Assembly: GCA_040954595.2 (NCBI GenBank)
Contig: CM082587.2
Location: forward strand, 5,134,206-5,198,205
Direction: 5' to 3'
Length of the DNA: 64,000 bases
Source of the DNA: Balanoglossus misakiensis
Taxonomy: Eukaryota; Animalia; Hemichordata
Below the pieces are notes generated by a model. It saw nothing but the letters and a program-made list of their open reading frames with translations, did not search any database and had not been told where the DNA came from. Positions 1 to 12,900 of this stretch are shown here, piece after piece. How positions within the stretch are numbered: the first letter of the stretch is position 1; the number at the start of each line of letters is the position of its first letter. The position numbers were made by a program, and so were the translations under genes.

Positions 1-269
1 AGACGGCCAAATTTGTTGTAGGAATTGAGACCTTCATTCTGGTTTCTCTGGGATAAACACAGTCAGGTACTGCAGCGAGTCCTGGCGAGAGAAAAACGCC
101 AGAAAGACGGGGAATTAAAATCGGAGAGGAGAAAATAATATAGCAGGATTTGATGGAAACATATTTCAGAAGAAATATTCGAGATTATCAAAGTTAATGT
201 TTGATTCAAACCATCACCATCACTTGGTGCGCATGCATCAGTGGTTAACACTTACTGAAGGTTCTAAAT

Positions 270-892
270 TCAAAGTTGTTTGAACAGGACGCCCACCCCA
301 GCCGTCGCGACCAGGAGCAACAGAGAGCTCGGACCGAAAGTTACAGCCGCTGCAGTCGCTGCAAAAAGGAAAAAGGTGTGGTCGTTAGGAGTGACGAAAA
401 CTGCGGGGAGGGGGGACATGGAATAAATGTCGTGTGGTTCATGTTTGATTAATAACACAAAGAGTTTAGTCTCTGCAGATGGTGCAAATGTGTATGTGGC
501 ACCGGCTACTTAGGTATCCAATGGACCACAATTCACCCGATAAATACATCACTGTGAGGTTTATCAACCGTTGATTGCTGGCGAGTACTGGACAGTTTTT
601 GTTCGTAGCAAAAACTTACTTCAATACAATGTACTTTTTATTTTCGTATAAATCAACTGAAGGAGAAATCTTACCGGTTGTGGCTACTGGCGTCGTGCCG
701 TCATCAGTCCCGTTGGTTGTTTGACCTATGAGAGAGTGATGAGAGTTAGAAACCCAATTTGCGATTATGCCCTCATGATATTCAGTCGTGTCGAAATGAC
801 TCAAATTGTCAACTTGAGTTAACGTACCTTGACACGGGTTGAGGAGGGTGATGACAACCACACACAGCAAGAGTACGACTGCAGAATATTGC
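270..892 (-). CDS. Small putative GPI-anchored Thr-rich glycopeptide (CD24/CD52-like architecture), 5' end unresolved
   Basis: Exons 892-828, 725-675 and 358-270 have canonical AG/GT ends and matching phases. They give ..QYSAVVLLLCVVVITLLNPCQG-QTTNGTDDGTTPVATT-ATAAAVTFGPSSLLLLVATAGVGVLFKQL*: signal-like segment, NGT sequon, hydrophobic C-terminus. The start-codon exon was not found. Confidence 0.6.
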
Positions 893-2882
893 CTGCAAAA
901 AAACCACAAACAGTCAAACCTGGTCTGGTTTCTGGCCGACACAGCGTAGTACGCAACAGGGAAATCCAAGCACCTCTCCGGGCATGGTATAAACTCAGGC
1001 CAGGTGGTTCACTTGATGCAGACGCAGACTTGTTTAAATATTGCTCAACCTTGCACACGGAGAAGATCTCCACTGCGCTGCTGACACCACCATTCAAGTA
1101 TTCTAAGCGGGCGTTTCCTTCTGACAACCGGTGCGCTTGTGGGTGCGAGGTTTGCACACCACTGTGCCACACTGCTTTCAAACGCATCACAAAACTGCTC
1201 AGTCGTCGAAGATGATTGCCGCTCGTCTATTAAAAATGTGCAAAAACAAACATACTGCGTCCGACAGAACTGCGAGAAAGAATGGCACACAGACCTGAAC
1301 ATGGTGTTTGACTTTCTTTCTTCGTCCACGCTGTGTCTGAAACTGAAAGGCAGAGTCTACGACAAAGTGGCGTTCGCTGGACAGATCAGTTGAATAAATG
1401 CTGAACGCCGCATGGGCGTTGGTGTGTGTCATCAATAATTCATGTTTCACCGCTGAAGAGCCATTGGAGGGTTTTGACAGATGCTTTAGTTCCTCGTCGT
1501 CTGATTGGGCCACGCTCGTTCAATTGTATGACACCTTGAATCGCTTGACGCGGAAGTGGCAAGGGTGTACTCTGTTTGCTCGTCTTGTTGTTGCCATGGC
1601 GACCTCTCGGCTACACAAAGCGAAGCAAAAAAACACTTCTCCATTACGTTTTTCGGGTGTGTTGCGACTCGCGAGTACAGGTGTTGATTTATTCACCCAA
1701 AACACGGCGTTATACTGTTCGGTGATTGAGTTACGTCGACTTGTTAAAAAGGGGTTACTTACAAACACGTTAAAATGGTGTTACTGTATACTGGTATCTC
1801 GTTTTTTAGTTGTTGCTCAGAAACATGTCCATACACATCCATACATTCCACCCCTGTGTGTTGCTACAAGGAACAAATCATGCAGGGTGCATTGCACAAC
1901 AGTCATGTGATAGAGGGACTGTGATCGCATTTAGACATGATCATAACTGGACTGGGTCCTACCCCTGTATAGTTTACTCCACATTGTAGAATAGATTTGG
2001 TCCGCGTCCGCATTTGATCGTGACTGAGAATTATGACCGGGATTGATAATCGCCTGGAAACTGTAATAACGCTTTGGCATTTCCCTTCCAAAGAGACAGA
2101 GGCCAATGGCTTTTCAAGTCGGTTCGTGTGATAGCTATCTTGGTTTCATATATGTATGGCGGCCCGCTTCCGCTCTAGATGTGTGTCCACCGAACACTGA
2201 TGACGCACTAGATAAGACCAGGTAGTGTACATATGAGAGTCTACGTTGGCCTGATGACTGTTTCAGTTGTGGATCGACTACACTTTGAAACAAGACTTGA
2301 GATCCAATCCGATACAAACTGAAGGCCACGGTTTACTAAACACATTGAAATTCAGTCGCATTTAGACAGAGAAATAAGTAAGAGGGAAATATCATGCATT
2401 TCTTTACATTCAGGAAGTGTTTGTTGTTTTTTTCAAATCAGAAAAGCACCTGTTTTTCAGTATTGTAACTGGACACTTTCCAAGACCTTTGTTCGCTTTC
2501 GGGCCTCTGTGCTCCGGCCACAAAAGAAGTAAGTTGTAGAATATAGTTGCCATGCACTTCAGCGTTATTTACCAACACGGAATTAGAGAAGTTGACACCG
2601 CTTGCTTTCGCAGTGCCTAAACGATGTGCAAAACTCACAAAAAACAATACGTGGGGGGTAAACTTCATCTTTGCCAGTAGAGGCCAGACCCACGATCGAA
2701 ACACGTGAGACTTCTGTCAATGTTTGAGTTCAGAAACATGAAGTGTGTCTACTCTAGATGCAGTGTGATAGCTTCACGATGTTTCACTTTGGTGTTTACC
2801 AACCTTTTAACGAGAGCAATTATTACTGATACTTTAGATAACCGATGATAGTTTGTGTGAGATATCTACATCATTATTGATC

Positions 2883-2914
2883 GTTTGTTTGTTTGTTTGT
2901 TTGTTTGTTTGTTT
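2883..2914. repeat. (GTTT)n microsatellite
   Basis: Tandem GTTT run read directly. Confidence 0.95.
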
Positions 2915-3985
2915 AATTATTACCTGTACTGGCCACGTTGTTCATTGTGTCTGCAACCCTTTCATATATAGACCAGACTTTAAGGGATAGAGAGATAGTG
3001 TGCACACACAATGCCCGCCCTATCTGATCAAGCTGACAACGAACATTCCTTGGGAGCTGAACTCTTCATATAAACAGAGATGACGCGGACAAATATATTC
3101 ATATCTTCATAACTATGTACTAGGTGATGAATTTAACACGGTTGTCACAAATACTGGTGCTTGCCGTTGTTTTAAAGTTTAACGGCATTTTGTGTGTATA
3201 CCTGGGTTAAAGTAAATACTTCAGCATATCCGAGTTGTGACTCATCTCATTGGCATTTCTGTGCAAAAGCCAAAAGCGATCGTTTTGTCACATCACGGTC
3301 CCATGGTAGAAACGTAATAGAACACAACAACGAAATATAAGAAATGGCTAATGACACAATTACACATTTATTCAGAATCTTCTTATTTACAACCAATTCC
3401 GATGTTGTGCAATTTCCATTTTACGACCTGTCATAAAGACAGCCTTTTACATACCGTTAAAATATGCACGCCCTCAACGACATAAATATTCGCGTTCTAC
3501 TTCAGACAATTGAGTTTTGTGAGGAAAATTTGACATCTGTCATCAAAACGTCATTTAAATTTTCCTGCGAACAATAAAACCGACGAATACACTCACTCAC
3601 GGCAGATTAAACAAAACAACCAATACCGAGAAAACTCAAGCCCAGCTGGGCCAAACTTATTGTCTGTCTATACTTGCAGAACACACAAGTAAAGGGAAAG
3701 CGAAATTCGACTGAAAACACGTATAATGTACAATAAATTGACCTGTGTGACGAGATAATCTGTACACGATACAAAAGTTCACGGTCGACCTGACTGCTAT
3801 CGTCTTCAAGACTTCCACGGTCTGAAGTGTCACACACAATCGGGCGTCATCTGCAGATGCACGTGTACCTGAAGAGACAACGGCGACATTTGCTCGTGAC
3901 CTATTGGTGGCAGTTTGAACGGGGAGTAAAGAAGCAATGCCTATTCGACTACATGCACTCACCTGACTTTCTTTCAAGGCATCCG

Positions 3986-5071
3986 TTAGAATACATGTAC
4001 CCACGTGGATAGCAATGCAGCCAGGATCACTGCAGTCCAACCCACGACGATTCTTCTCGGCGCGGAGCTCGAGTCTGTTTCCGTTAGGAGAAATATGAAA
4101 GAAAGTGAATGATTAAAAAAGGCTTGACTGAGACTTGTATTTCTGTGTTGGGACCTGTTGAGTTACAAATGATCAACAACAAATTTCGGTCAAAAGTTGT
4201 TCTTATTCCGTGCCGGGTCCTACTTTGAAGATTTCAGTACGGTCAGAGAGACAGACAACAGTTCACTACAGCGACATGCACATTACCTGTTGTTGCGGCG
4301 ACTGTGGTCATATCTGTGCCACCACTAGCGCCACCGCCGCCAAGATTGTTAGTGTTGCCTGGCCCGCCGTTCGCCGACGTCGACGCGGTCGCACCCGCAC
4401 CACCATTCTGGGACGGTGACGTTGAACCTGCTGTGGTTCCCCCGCCCTGTGCCATAGTTTGGCCGGCCGAGGTTCCCCCGCCCGCAGTTGTCGGCGTGGC
4501 ACCCGTGGTTGTCGTACGACCTGTTTGAACCAGAACAGAAATTGCAAAGATGTACAGGTGTGTGCTGGAGTCGAGTACACATCCGCGTGCTCAGTGATAC
4601 ATGGAAATAAATTGTTGTGGGACACGGACGGAGAACGGGGCGCAGAGACACGATCACAACCAAAAGTGACCATTCTCGAACTTTTTCCAGGTGATTTCTG
4701 CCAAACTTTGCAGTAACTCGGCCGAAAAAAATGAAAGAGAAAATGTGGAGTACAAGCTTTTCAATTTTCAGATGGTGTATCGAATCAGGAGCGCGTGCAA
4801 TCCGTAAAGATCAGTGCGATATACCTGTAGGCCTGGTGTGTGGGACTATGGTGTTACGTCACACCACAAATAACTGTCAGTTTTCTGGAGTCCACTACCC
4901 CATTTACAAATTTGCATTCCCATTAACATTTCAATTGTTTTCTGATGCACCTGGTCCTAATGATATTACCGGTACTCACCAGTCGTCGCCACTGGTGTTG
5001 TCACACAATCACATATGTCATGAAGTGTGAACACAACGTAAATCACAAACAAACATCTAATTTTAGGTTTC
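3986..5071 (-). CDS. Putative GPI-anchored Gly/Thr-rich mucin-like peptide, 5' end unresolved
   Basis: Exons 5071-4980 (KPKIRCLFVIYVVFTLHDICDCVTTPVATT), 4520-4287 (GRTTTTGATPTTAGGG...MTTVAATT) and 4074-3986 (DSSSAPRRIVVGWTAVILAALLSTWVHVF*) are phase-compatible with AG/GT ends. Confidence 0.6.
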
Positions 5072-6708
5072 CTGGTTTAAAAAAAAGAATAGACGATGTA
5101 AATATAAATTGACAGATAGCATTGCTAGAGTACTGAAACACTCTTCATATGAGTGAGAAAGTAGCCGAAGTTGCGAATAGATGATTTTCGGCTCATTGCC
5201 AGATGATAACTATAAGTAGATATGGGGACTATAAGTTGCAATAGCCCTGGTCTCCTATATTACGCATGTATATTGTTGAATATCAAAACTATTGGGGAAA
5301 ACACACAACAGTATAGGTTGTACTCACATCATCCTCTGTGTTGGACACCCGTTTTTTTTCTTCTCTGCGTGGAAGTGCGATGGGGGAGGTTTTGGCCTGA
5401 TGGTCTTCGCGCGAGGCAGTACTGTTTTTGCTGTGTGCTGTTCAGGTAGGTCTCGGCTCAACTGGAGACATCAGTCGCCGCCGCGCAAGGTGATGGATGG
5501 TGTATATGGGTCATTACCTGCGACTTCCCCTCCAATCAAAACAGCCACGAGGGCCGTCGCACCGCAGAAAGTGATACGTGATCCTCCAAACGGTTTCTGT
5601 GGAAACGGCAACTTGTTTACCGGTACGCTCCCCTAACACAAGTCACCGGGTGGCGGTCATTCGTTTACAATAAATAAACAACTTTAAAAATAAACTCACT
5701 TGAAGAGGTCGGGCACTAGGCAACGAGGTGGAAAACAGTCATTCCGTGTTCTGCGTCACGTGACAACAGTTCTGACCAATCCCCGTACATTTGATTTGGC
5801 AAAACTTCACGTCGACATAGATTTCTTGACGCTTTTTGCCGCACACGGCTCGTCACAAAAAAATGTCACAACGTTTATGATATCGAATTTCTCGGTGGTG
5901 GGCTGTGCTTAGGGTTGTTTTTCTGCGGAAAGTGAAACTCTCCATGCTTTCGGTAAACGGCGGCTAGAAATTGAGATGCAAAGCAAATAGGAGTAATATG
6001 GTCCGTTGAAAACACAATCATCGCACCGTGACGATGAGACGACAACTTGAAGATTTATTAACCAGTGCCGACGCATGCCTGTGCCAATTTGTGATGTTTA
6101 CGAACAGTATCAGTTTATCCAGAGAAAAGTGCAAAACAACATTGCCTTTACAGCCAAGCGAAAGCGAAGTGAGTGAAGGGGAAAGAAGTTTGACACAAAG
6201 GTATGAGTGAACTAAAATGCGGTTTGAAGCGCCTCCATTCCACAAATATTACCCTACAAACGACACGTGGATCTTTTTTTACAAATGACTGTCATATTAG
6301 CTAGGTTAGTATCTCCTTTATTAAAACAGTACGTATAAAAGAAATACAATTTACAAGACCAATATTAGTTAAATATGACAATGCCATACAACATCTGTCC
6401 ACTATACCGTGACCTAGGCCTAATTAAAAGTGCATCCTTTAGGTTTCAGCACGGTCTGACCGTGGTTTCAGACATTGTTATTTCGAATTTGTCCTACCCT
6501 TGTTATGTTCAACATAAAAAATCCCTGATTATCTCATTACAGTATCATTCTCAAGGAAATAAAGTTGCTAATTGAATATATTCGGACTCAATCCACTAAA
6601 GTTGAAAATATCAATTATACCGAAGAGTATATGAGTATTGGAACGTATTATCAGATGAAAAATGTACTACGAAAATGTATTGGCAATTGCTGGAGACGTC
6701 TCGCAAAA

Positions 6709-7968
6709 TTACTCTTTACTGGACTGGATATTTCCATCCGGCTTCTCGTTATTAATAAACCCCCCTTTCTTTACACACACAAACATTAGAAACATTATCA
6801 AGACAAGAGAAAATCCACAATTTACCACCTCGAAAGTGATGTCGTCGAAAACAGCGACTAATTTCAATAGTTTATTTTTGCAGTGTTGAATGGATGGGTA
6901 GCCCGCCCCGTAAGCGTTCAGAGTGGCCCTGTATATTGCTGAATTGGCCATTAGATACAGGTCGTTGCCTTGTTCGCCGCCGAATTCGAGATTAGAAACA
7001 AAAGTTGGCGTCGAAATTTTTCCTATCAGATCGCCCTCTGGATTGAAGACCTGGACGCCGTCGCCTGCACCGACATAAACATTCCCGCACTGGTCCAGCT
7101 TTATTCCATCGGGGATTCCCGGATTTTCGTCACCTTCAACGCTGTTCTCCACCACGGCGAAAAGCTGTCTGTTGCGCAGATGCTTGCCGTCGATGACGTC
7201 ATAGCGGATGACGTGATGGGGTAAATTTGGATGCCAACTGCCCGGCCCTTGAATCGCTCCGGAGTCGGTGAAATAAAGATATCGTTCGTCCGGCGAAAAC
7301 GCGAGTCCGTTCGGCTTACTGAAAAAGTCGGCGACGACTGTCAGCTGCGGCCCGGTCGCGTTGGCGTCGAAGCGGTACACGAAATCTCCGACTTGCACCG
7401 AGGGACGGAATGATTGTAGAAATCCGTAGGATGGATCTGTAAACCAGACTGTCCCGTCGCTCTTGACGACGATATCGTTCGGCGAATTCAGCTCCATTCC
7501 GTAGCTGGCGTTAACCAGCACTTCGACATCGCCGCTCCGCAAATCCGTCCGAGTGATCCGTCCCGGCGATTCTTTTTTAAATCCCTGTTCACACGTCAGC
7601 AGCCGACCGTTGACGTCACGGAATTGTCCGTTCGGCATGTTCGCCTCGGCCGACGATCGGAACGTCGACACATTGCCGCTGTCGATGTCAAACCGCCGTA
7701 TCGAATTCAAGGGGACTGACGCGGGGTTTGCGTAGTCACCGACGGGCTGCGTTGTGTACAGAAGAAAACCTTTGTCTCCATCGGGAAAATAAATCGGTCC
7801 TTCGTGAAACTCCAGCGGGTCGTCGCTTTTCGCCAGAAGTTCCAGTTTCGGATGTTTCGGCAAAAGCTCAAAAAATTCTTCCGAATATATTGCAAAAGGG
7901 CTGTCGGTTTTCATAGTTTTCATGAGCGCTAAGAAACAAAATAAGTTTAAGAAATGTCGACTTGCCAT
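6709..7968 (-). CDS. SMP-30/gluconolactonase/LRE family beta-propeller protein with signal peptide, intronless
   Basis: Long uninterrupted ORF, first ATG at 7968 (MASRHFLNLFCFLALM). Family motifs: HEGPIY, PNGQ, SPNDIVVKSDGTVWFTDP, KPNGLAFSPDE, GIPDGIKLD..GNVYV. Confidence 0.88.
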   Translation of the reverse strand: MASRHFLNLFCFLALMKTMKTDSPFAIYSEEFFELLPKHPKLELLAKSDDPLEFHEGPIYFPDGDKGFLLYTTQPVGDYANPASVPLNSIRRFDIDSGNVSTFRSSAEANMPNGQFRDVNGRLLTCEQGFKKESPGRITRTDLRSGDVEVLVNASYGMELNSPNDIVVKSDGTVWFTDPSYGFLQSFRPSVQVGDFVYRFDANATGPQLTVVADFFSKPNGLAFSPDERYLYFTDSGAIQGPGSWHPNLPHHVIRYDVIDGKHLRNRQLFAVVENSVEGDENPGIPDGIKLDQCGNVYVGAGDGVQVFNPEGDLIGKISTPTFVSNLEFGGEQGNDLYLMANSAIYRATLNAYGAGYPSIQHCKNKLLKLVAVFDDITFEVVNCGFSLVLIMFLMFVCVKKGGFINNEKPDGNIQSSKE

Positions 7969-9948
7969 TGTCACAGTTAGTATCTGGCGAAAGCTTCTTT
8001 CTGCGACGAGTGATTGTCCTGAATTGTTTTCGTTCAACAGCTGACCGATTGTTTTGGTGTAACTCGATCCTTAACGCATGCGTGACGGACATATTTTGGT
8101 CAGTCGTTGGGATATGATTGTCCTTGGTCATTGTTCTGGGACACCGATGTCACGTGCTTTTATCCAGAATAATCAATATGCAAATGTCAAACCCAACGGT
8201 GTACGAGTGCGGAGGACACTCCATTGTATGCAAAACGATGGACGAACTCTGAGAAGTGTTTAATATTTAAATCAAGGCCAAATTCGGCGGCCATATGCAT
8301 GTTTATTCACTTTCCGAAAGCTACCAAGGAGATGACTCAGTCGACCTTCCTCGTACATGTATCGTATCGTTGAAATATTATCACTTAAATATTATATTAT
8401 TGCGTATTGGTCATTTGTTTGGGTTCACGAGTGAAAATCACTTTCCCTCAACGTGTAAGCCGACGCTGTTAACAAACACCACGGTTATGCGGCATACGTC
8501 CACACGAAAACAAAATACATGTACATTAACATGAGTCACCTGGACGGTTCGTTAACGCGATTTTTCTCGCTGCGACTATTAAATGTTTATGCGAATTCGT
8601 CAAGTTAAGTTTTGATTTTATATAGTAACTGATGCGTCAGCGTTTTTCACAACTCCGACAGTAGCTACATATGCTTGCTCTCAAAAATCAAGCTCTTGCA
8701 TCATCATGATTCAATGTCGCATGACGCATGCTGGTACGTCCATCATCGGACGGACATTCGTTTTCATACTCTCCAAATTGGGTTGACTCGAACGGAGCAA
8801 AACTGAACGTTCCGCGGAGCAACCAAGCTGTATGACGCTTGTTTCATTAGTACTAAGTTGAAGTATACATGTATGGGAGAGGACAGATACGACAAATAAC
8901 CATATTTAGGGCTTCAAGTTCGAGCCAGCCCGCAATTCACATTTTCTCGACTTTAATAGCCATACTTGACAGCGTTTATAATTATATTATACGTGCTGTC
9001 AACTATGGTGCGACCAGTGGCATAACCAGCCGAAGTGAGACCGACCACTCGCCCTCGTCGATTGTCCGAGGCAGTGCTTATGTATTTCATGATGAGACAA
9101 GTCAAACACGTTCAATTTGTCGAAGGTGGCACATTCTAACTCTTTTTAAATACGGCCTCAAAAATCAATATATACGTAAATTTTATATTGCGTAATATTT
9201 CTGGACATCTGTTCGTCACGTACGCGCAATGTACGACCAATGCCAAACGTCAGGACAATAGTCCAACATATGTTTGTCTTTGATATTTGTTGAATTTTTC
9301 AACAAAGAACAAATTCACATGAGAAGGCAACTTTAAATTTCACAAAACTACTAGTATATATCCCGATATGTAATTGACGCAACCATGCAATATTTCCTAT
9401 GGACAAATGTAGGTAGACTCAGAGAAAATGCCGCAGCGCTGCAGAAGTGATGAATATTATGGCGCCCTCACCGAAGTACGCCAAAGCCCCCCCCCCCCCC
9501 CCCACCATATCACTTCCTCTTTGAAATCGCTAATTTCCGTAAAAATCTTGTATTTTGTACACGTCAAAAAGTACAGGTTCCACAGAGACAAAATATAGTA
9601 AAGTTGGACATAACTATTATAACAAGGCAGTGATTAACAAACTAGAATATAACATGTTTTCTTTGACAAGGCAGTGAAATGCTTATTATAAAATACTGGC
9701 AGTGTTTTCATGCAATAAATATTTATACGTTGCATGAGTATTTTTCAATTATCTTAGGCAGTGATGATCAGACTCAACTTGAGTGAATTGCTTTAGACTC
9801 TTTAGTAAAATTAATCGCTTGATTTTGTGACTGCAAATTTGTTTGGTAATTCTGGCAAATTTAGTTTTTAGTTCTTCTGATCAATGTTGTAGAGGCTTAT
9901 CAAAACACCCTTGTCATAGGGTGGTTTTTATGACGGTCATCCCGTCGT

Positions 9949-12900
9949 TCATTTGTTGCTTCCTTCGAAGAGCATGACGTCGTGGTTGCGTTTCATCAGC
10001 CGGAAGTCGGCGTTCTTGAACGTCTGCAGATAGGCCTGCAGCTTGTCCCTGAGCGCGGAGAGCGACGGAAGCTCCCGGCAGCTTGGCACGTTCAGCAGGG
10101 TGCGGAAGAACTCGTCCCACAGCTGGGCGTTGAACCAGCGAAAGGGCTTACGGCTGATCTTCCACTGGTCGCCCTGTCTGTGCGTGCGCATGTAGACACC
10201 GAACATCATGCAGAAGACCGTGGCAGCAATGCCATAGTAGTCAGTCTGCAATAAAGATAATAAGGTATGTGTATAGTTATGAGAGAAAACTGCAGTTGCT
10301 ATGGCGGCAAAAGTTTGTCCGTGACAATGGCTGATTTTTGAGTGAGGAACTCTTGGAGGAAAATCCTTACAAAACTGAATCAGCATTCAAATTCACAACT
10401 TGATTGCATATGAGTTTGGCTGAAGCTATCACTACTGTGTTGTTTGCTGAGGACAATTCCACGACTCTGCACTCTGGGCACGACAGACCGCCACAGAGGG
10501 CGCTGTTTCTTAGGACCGCCTTCTTTGACTTGGATATCATTTGTGCTCCGTTTTCTCTCACCTGGTAAGTCCATGGTCGTCCCTGTTGCATTTCGTGGCA
10601 CATGAATCCCGAGGTGTTGCACGAAGACGTGAACGTTGTCCCTTCGGGTAGCCGCCTCATGTCGATGGATTGTCCAAAGTCGATGAGCAGCAGACCCTCC
10701 ACTTCATTGATAGGCTCATTGATGTCAATATCTCTATCACTGAGAAAAAAAATCCAGACATTTCCAGTTTCATCAAGAGATAGAAAAATGCAGTTTTGTG
10801 TACAGAAAAACCAAACTCTGTCTAATTTGGTAACCTATGACATACAACAATGTTGAAAGAACCTCTATAAACCAGACACCTCAGCAAACCGATCAATTTC
10901 TTCAGTCCGTTTGGTGTTCGGTTTAGACAGGCTTTACTGTACACCACAGGGGGTTGGGTGGAGGGGGTAACTTTGCAGAGAACAACACAAAAATGACAAT
11001 CTGAAAGTCCATTCACTTACATGTTGCGAACTATGAGATTATCAGGTTTGAGATCCGCGTGTATGATACCGCACTTGTGGAGCTGGTCAACAATGTTCAG
11101 CAACTCGATGGTGTAGAAGAGGATGATGGGCTGGGGCATGCAGCTGGCCACCTTGTCCGAGCGCCCTCCCTTGTACAGATTGATGAGGTCAAGCAGGGTC
11201 ACACTGCTGTGCATCTTGCTCGTCAGCATGCTGCTGTCGTCGTAGATACACGCCTTGTCTATTGCCATGATTGCCGAGTTCTGCGAAAGAAGAAGCCAGC
11301 AGAAAGTAGCATTTATTAACCCTTCATCACCCCCAGTTCCCTCTTTAGGGGTCCAACTTTACCATAGAAGGCAATGGGTTTGGACTGAACCATATAAAGG
11401 TGGAAGGGTTAAGAAATATCTCAAACTTTGAGTTTGTGTGTATATGTAATTGGTTTGTTTCTTCTGTGCAGTTTTTCATCCAAATCAGGTCCCTTGGCAG
11501 TTCAAACCCCCTTGTCGCACAGTTAAAAGCCTTACCACATTCACAGGTTCACTCAGCTGCCCCAGCCTCTCGTGGGCTTCACTGACCATGTAGAATTCCC
11601 AGGGCCAGGCAGGTTGCTGCACTTTCAAGATGATCTTGTCGCTGCAGTCCAGCGCCGCAAAGTCGGTGGCGTCTAATTTCTCGGCTTGGTAGATCTGTGC
11701 AAAGGCGCCTTTTCCGAGCAGTTTCTCAACCTTGATCAGATCAGACTCTGAAAACATAAAAAAATAAAATATATCAATGGATGTTCACAGCATGTCAGTG
11801 TTAACCTAAGGTTGGGTATTCTGCAAGGGTGAAGAATGATGTCTGTATGAATCATGAACTTACCAATATCGAGAGCGAGCTGTGGGAAGATATCCGGCAT
11901 AGGGGAATCAAATTTCAGATATCCCGGATAGGATTCCAGAGGTCTGGGAATGGTGGCCAGGACGGAGTCAATGAATGCTTTATTAAACGGATCGACGCCC
12001 TCGGTCGCTGGTTGGGATCCGCTGCCGTTATGAGAGGGAAGTGACGATTGGTTGAGTGACTGCTGCTGCGGGGAGGCAGTGAGCGTCATCGGTTCGTCTT
12101 CTTTGCGCCCCGGTGCCTTTGTTGTCGATAGGTAGTTGTAGAACGATAATTCACATGTTAGCTCCTGATCGTCGGCTGTGTGATCTTGTCTGTGCTGCTG
12201 GACAGCGGGTGCCGGTTTCTTGCTGCTTTGAAAAGTTGGGAGCGAGAAATCCGGAGATTTGCTCTTTGGGGGCGCTGCTTCTCCCCGTCGCCACGACGAT
12301 GCGTCCATCGATCTGTTCCGGGGCGCGGTATGAACATTCTGCAGTGGTGACTGCATGACCACGTCGTCTACGCTGTACCCGGCAGATGATCTCGATGCGT
12401 GGGAGACCAACGTTGACGAAATGCCCCTCTCCACCTCTGCATCTCGAAATGCTTCCACGCCGAGATGTTCCGACATCATCAGCGATGACCTGCTCCTGGT
12501 GGTTGCTGCCGGCGACGTCATGGCAACATCCTCCACGTGGTGCATCGACGGGATGGTCACGTTAGAATGCTGGTGAACCGAGAGGTGTGAGGCTATGCCG
12601 CTGCTTCCTGCGCTGGACTTGGACGACTGGGCATCTTCCGCGCTGGTTTCCAGAATAGGACTGTGAACACACAAAGTAGAACAAAAAAAAATAAATCACC
12701 TTAAATATGGTAACTAGATGTTTTAGAAAACTGATGAAACTCTTCCAAAATGTAATTTTCTGTATCATGGCTTGTATAAAGTCACTGTGGCAACACAACA
12801 TTTCATTACTCAATGGTTCAACATCCTGGCTGTAGTAAGGATGAAATGATAAATATAATTTACCTGAGTGGAGTTGCTGGTGGTGGGTTAGTCATGGTGG

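Noticed and set aside
829-2704. Overlapping 60-170 aa ORFs suggesting a viral insertion
   Set aside because: No recognisable motifs, many non-ATG starts and no consistent coding strand
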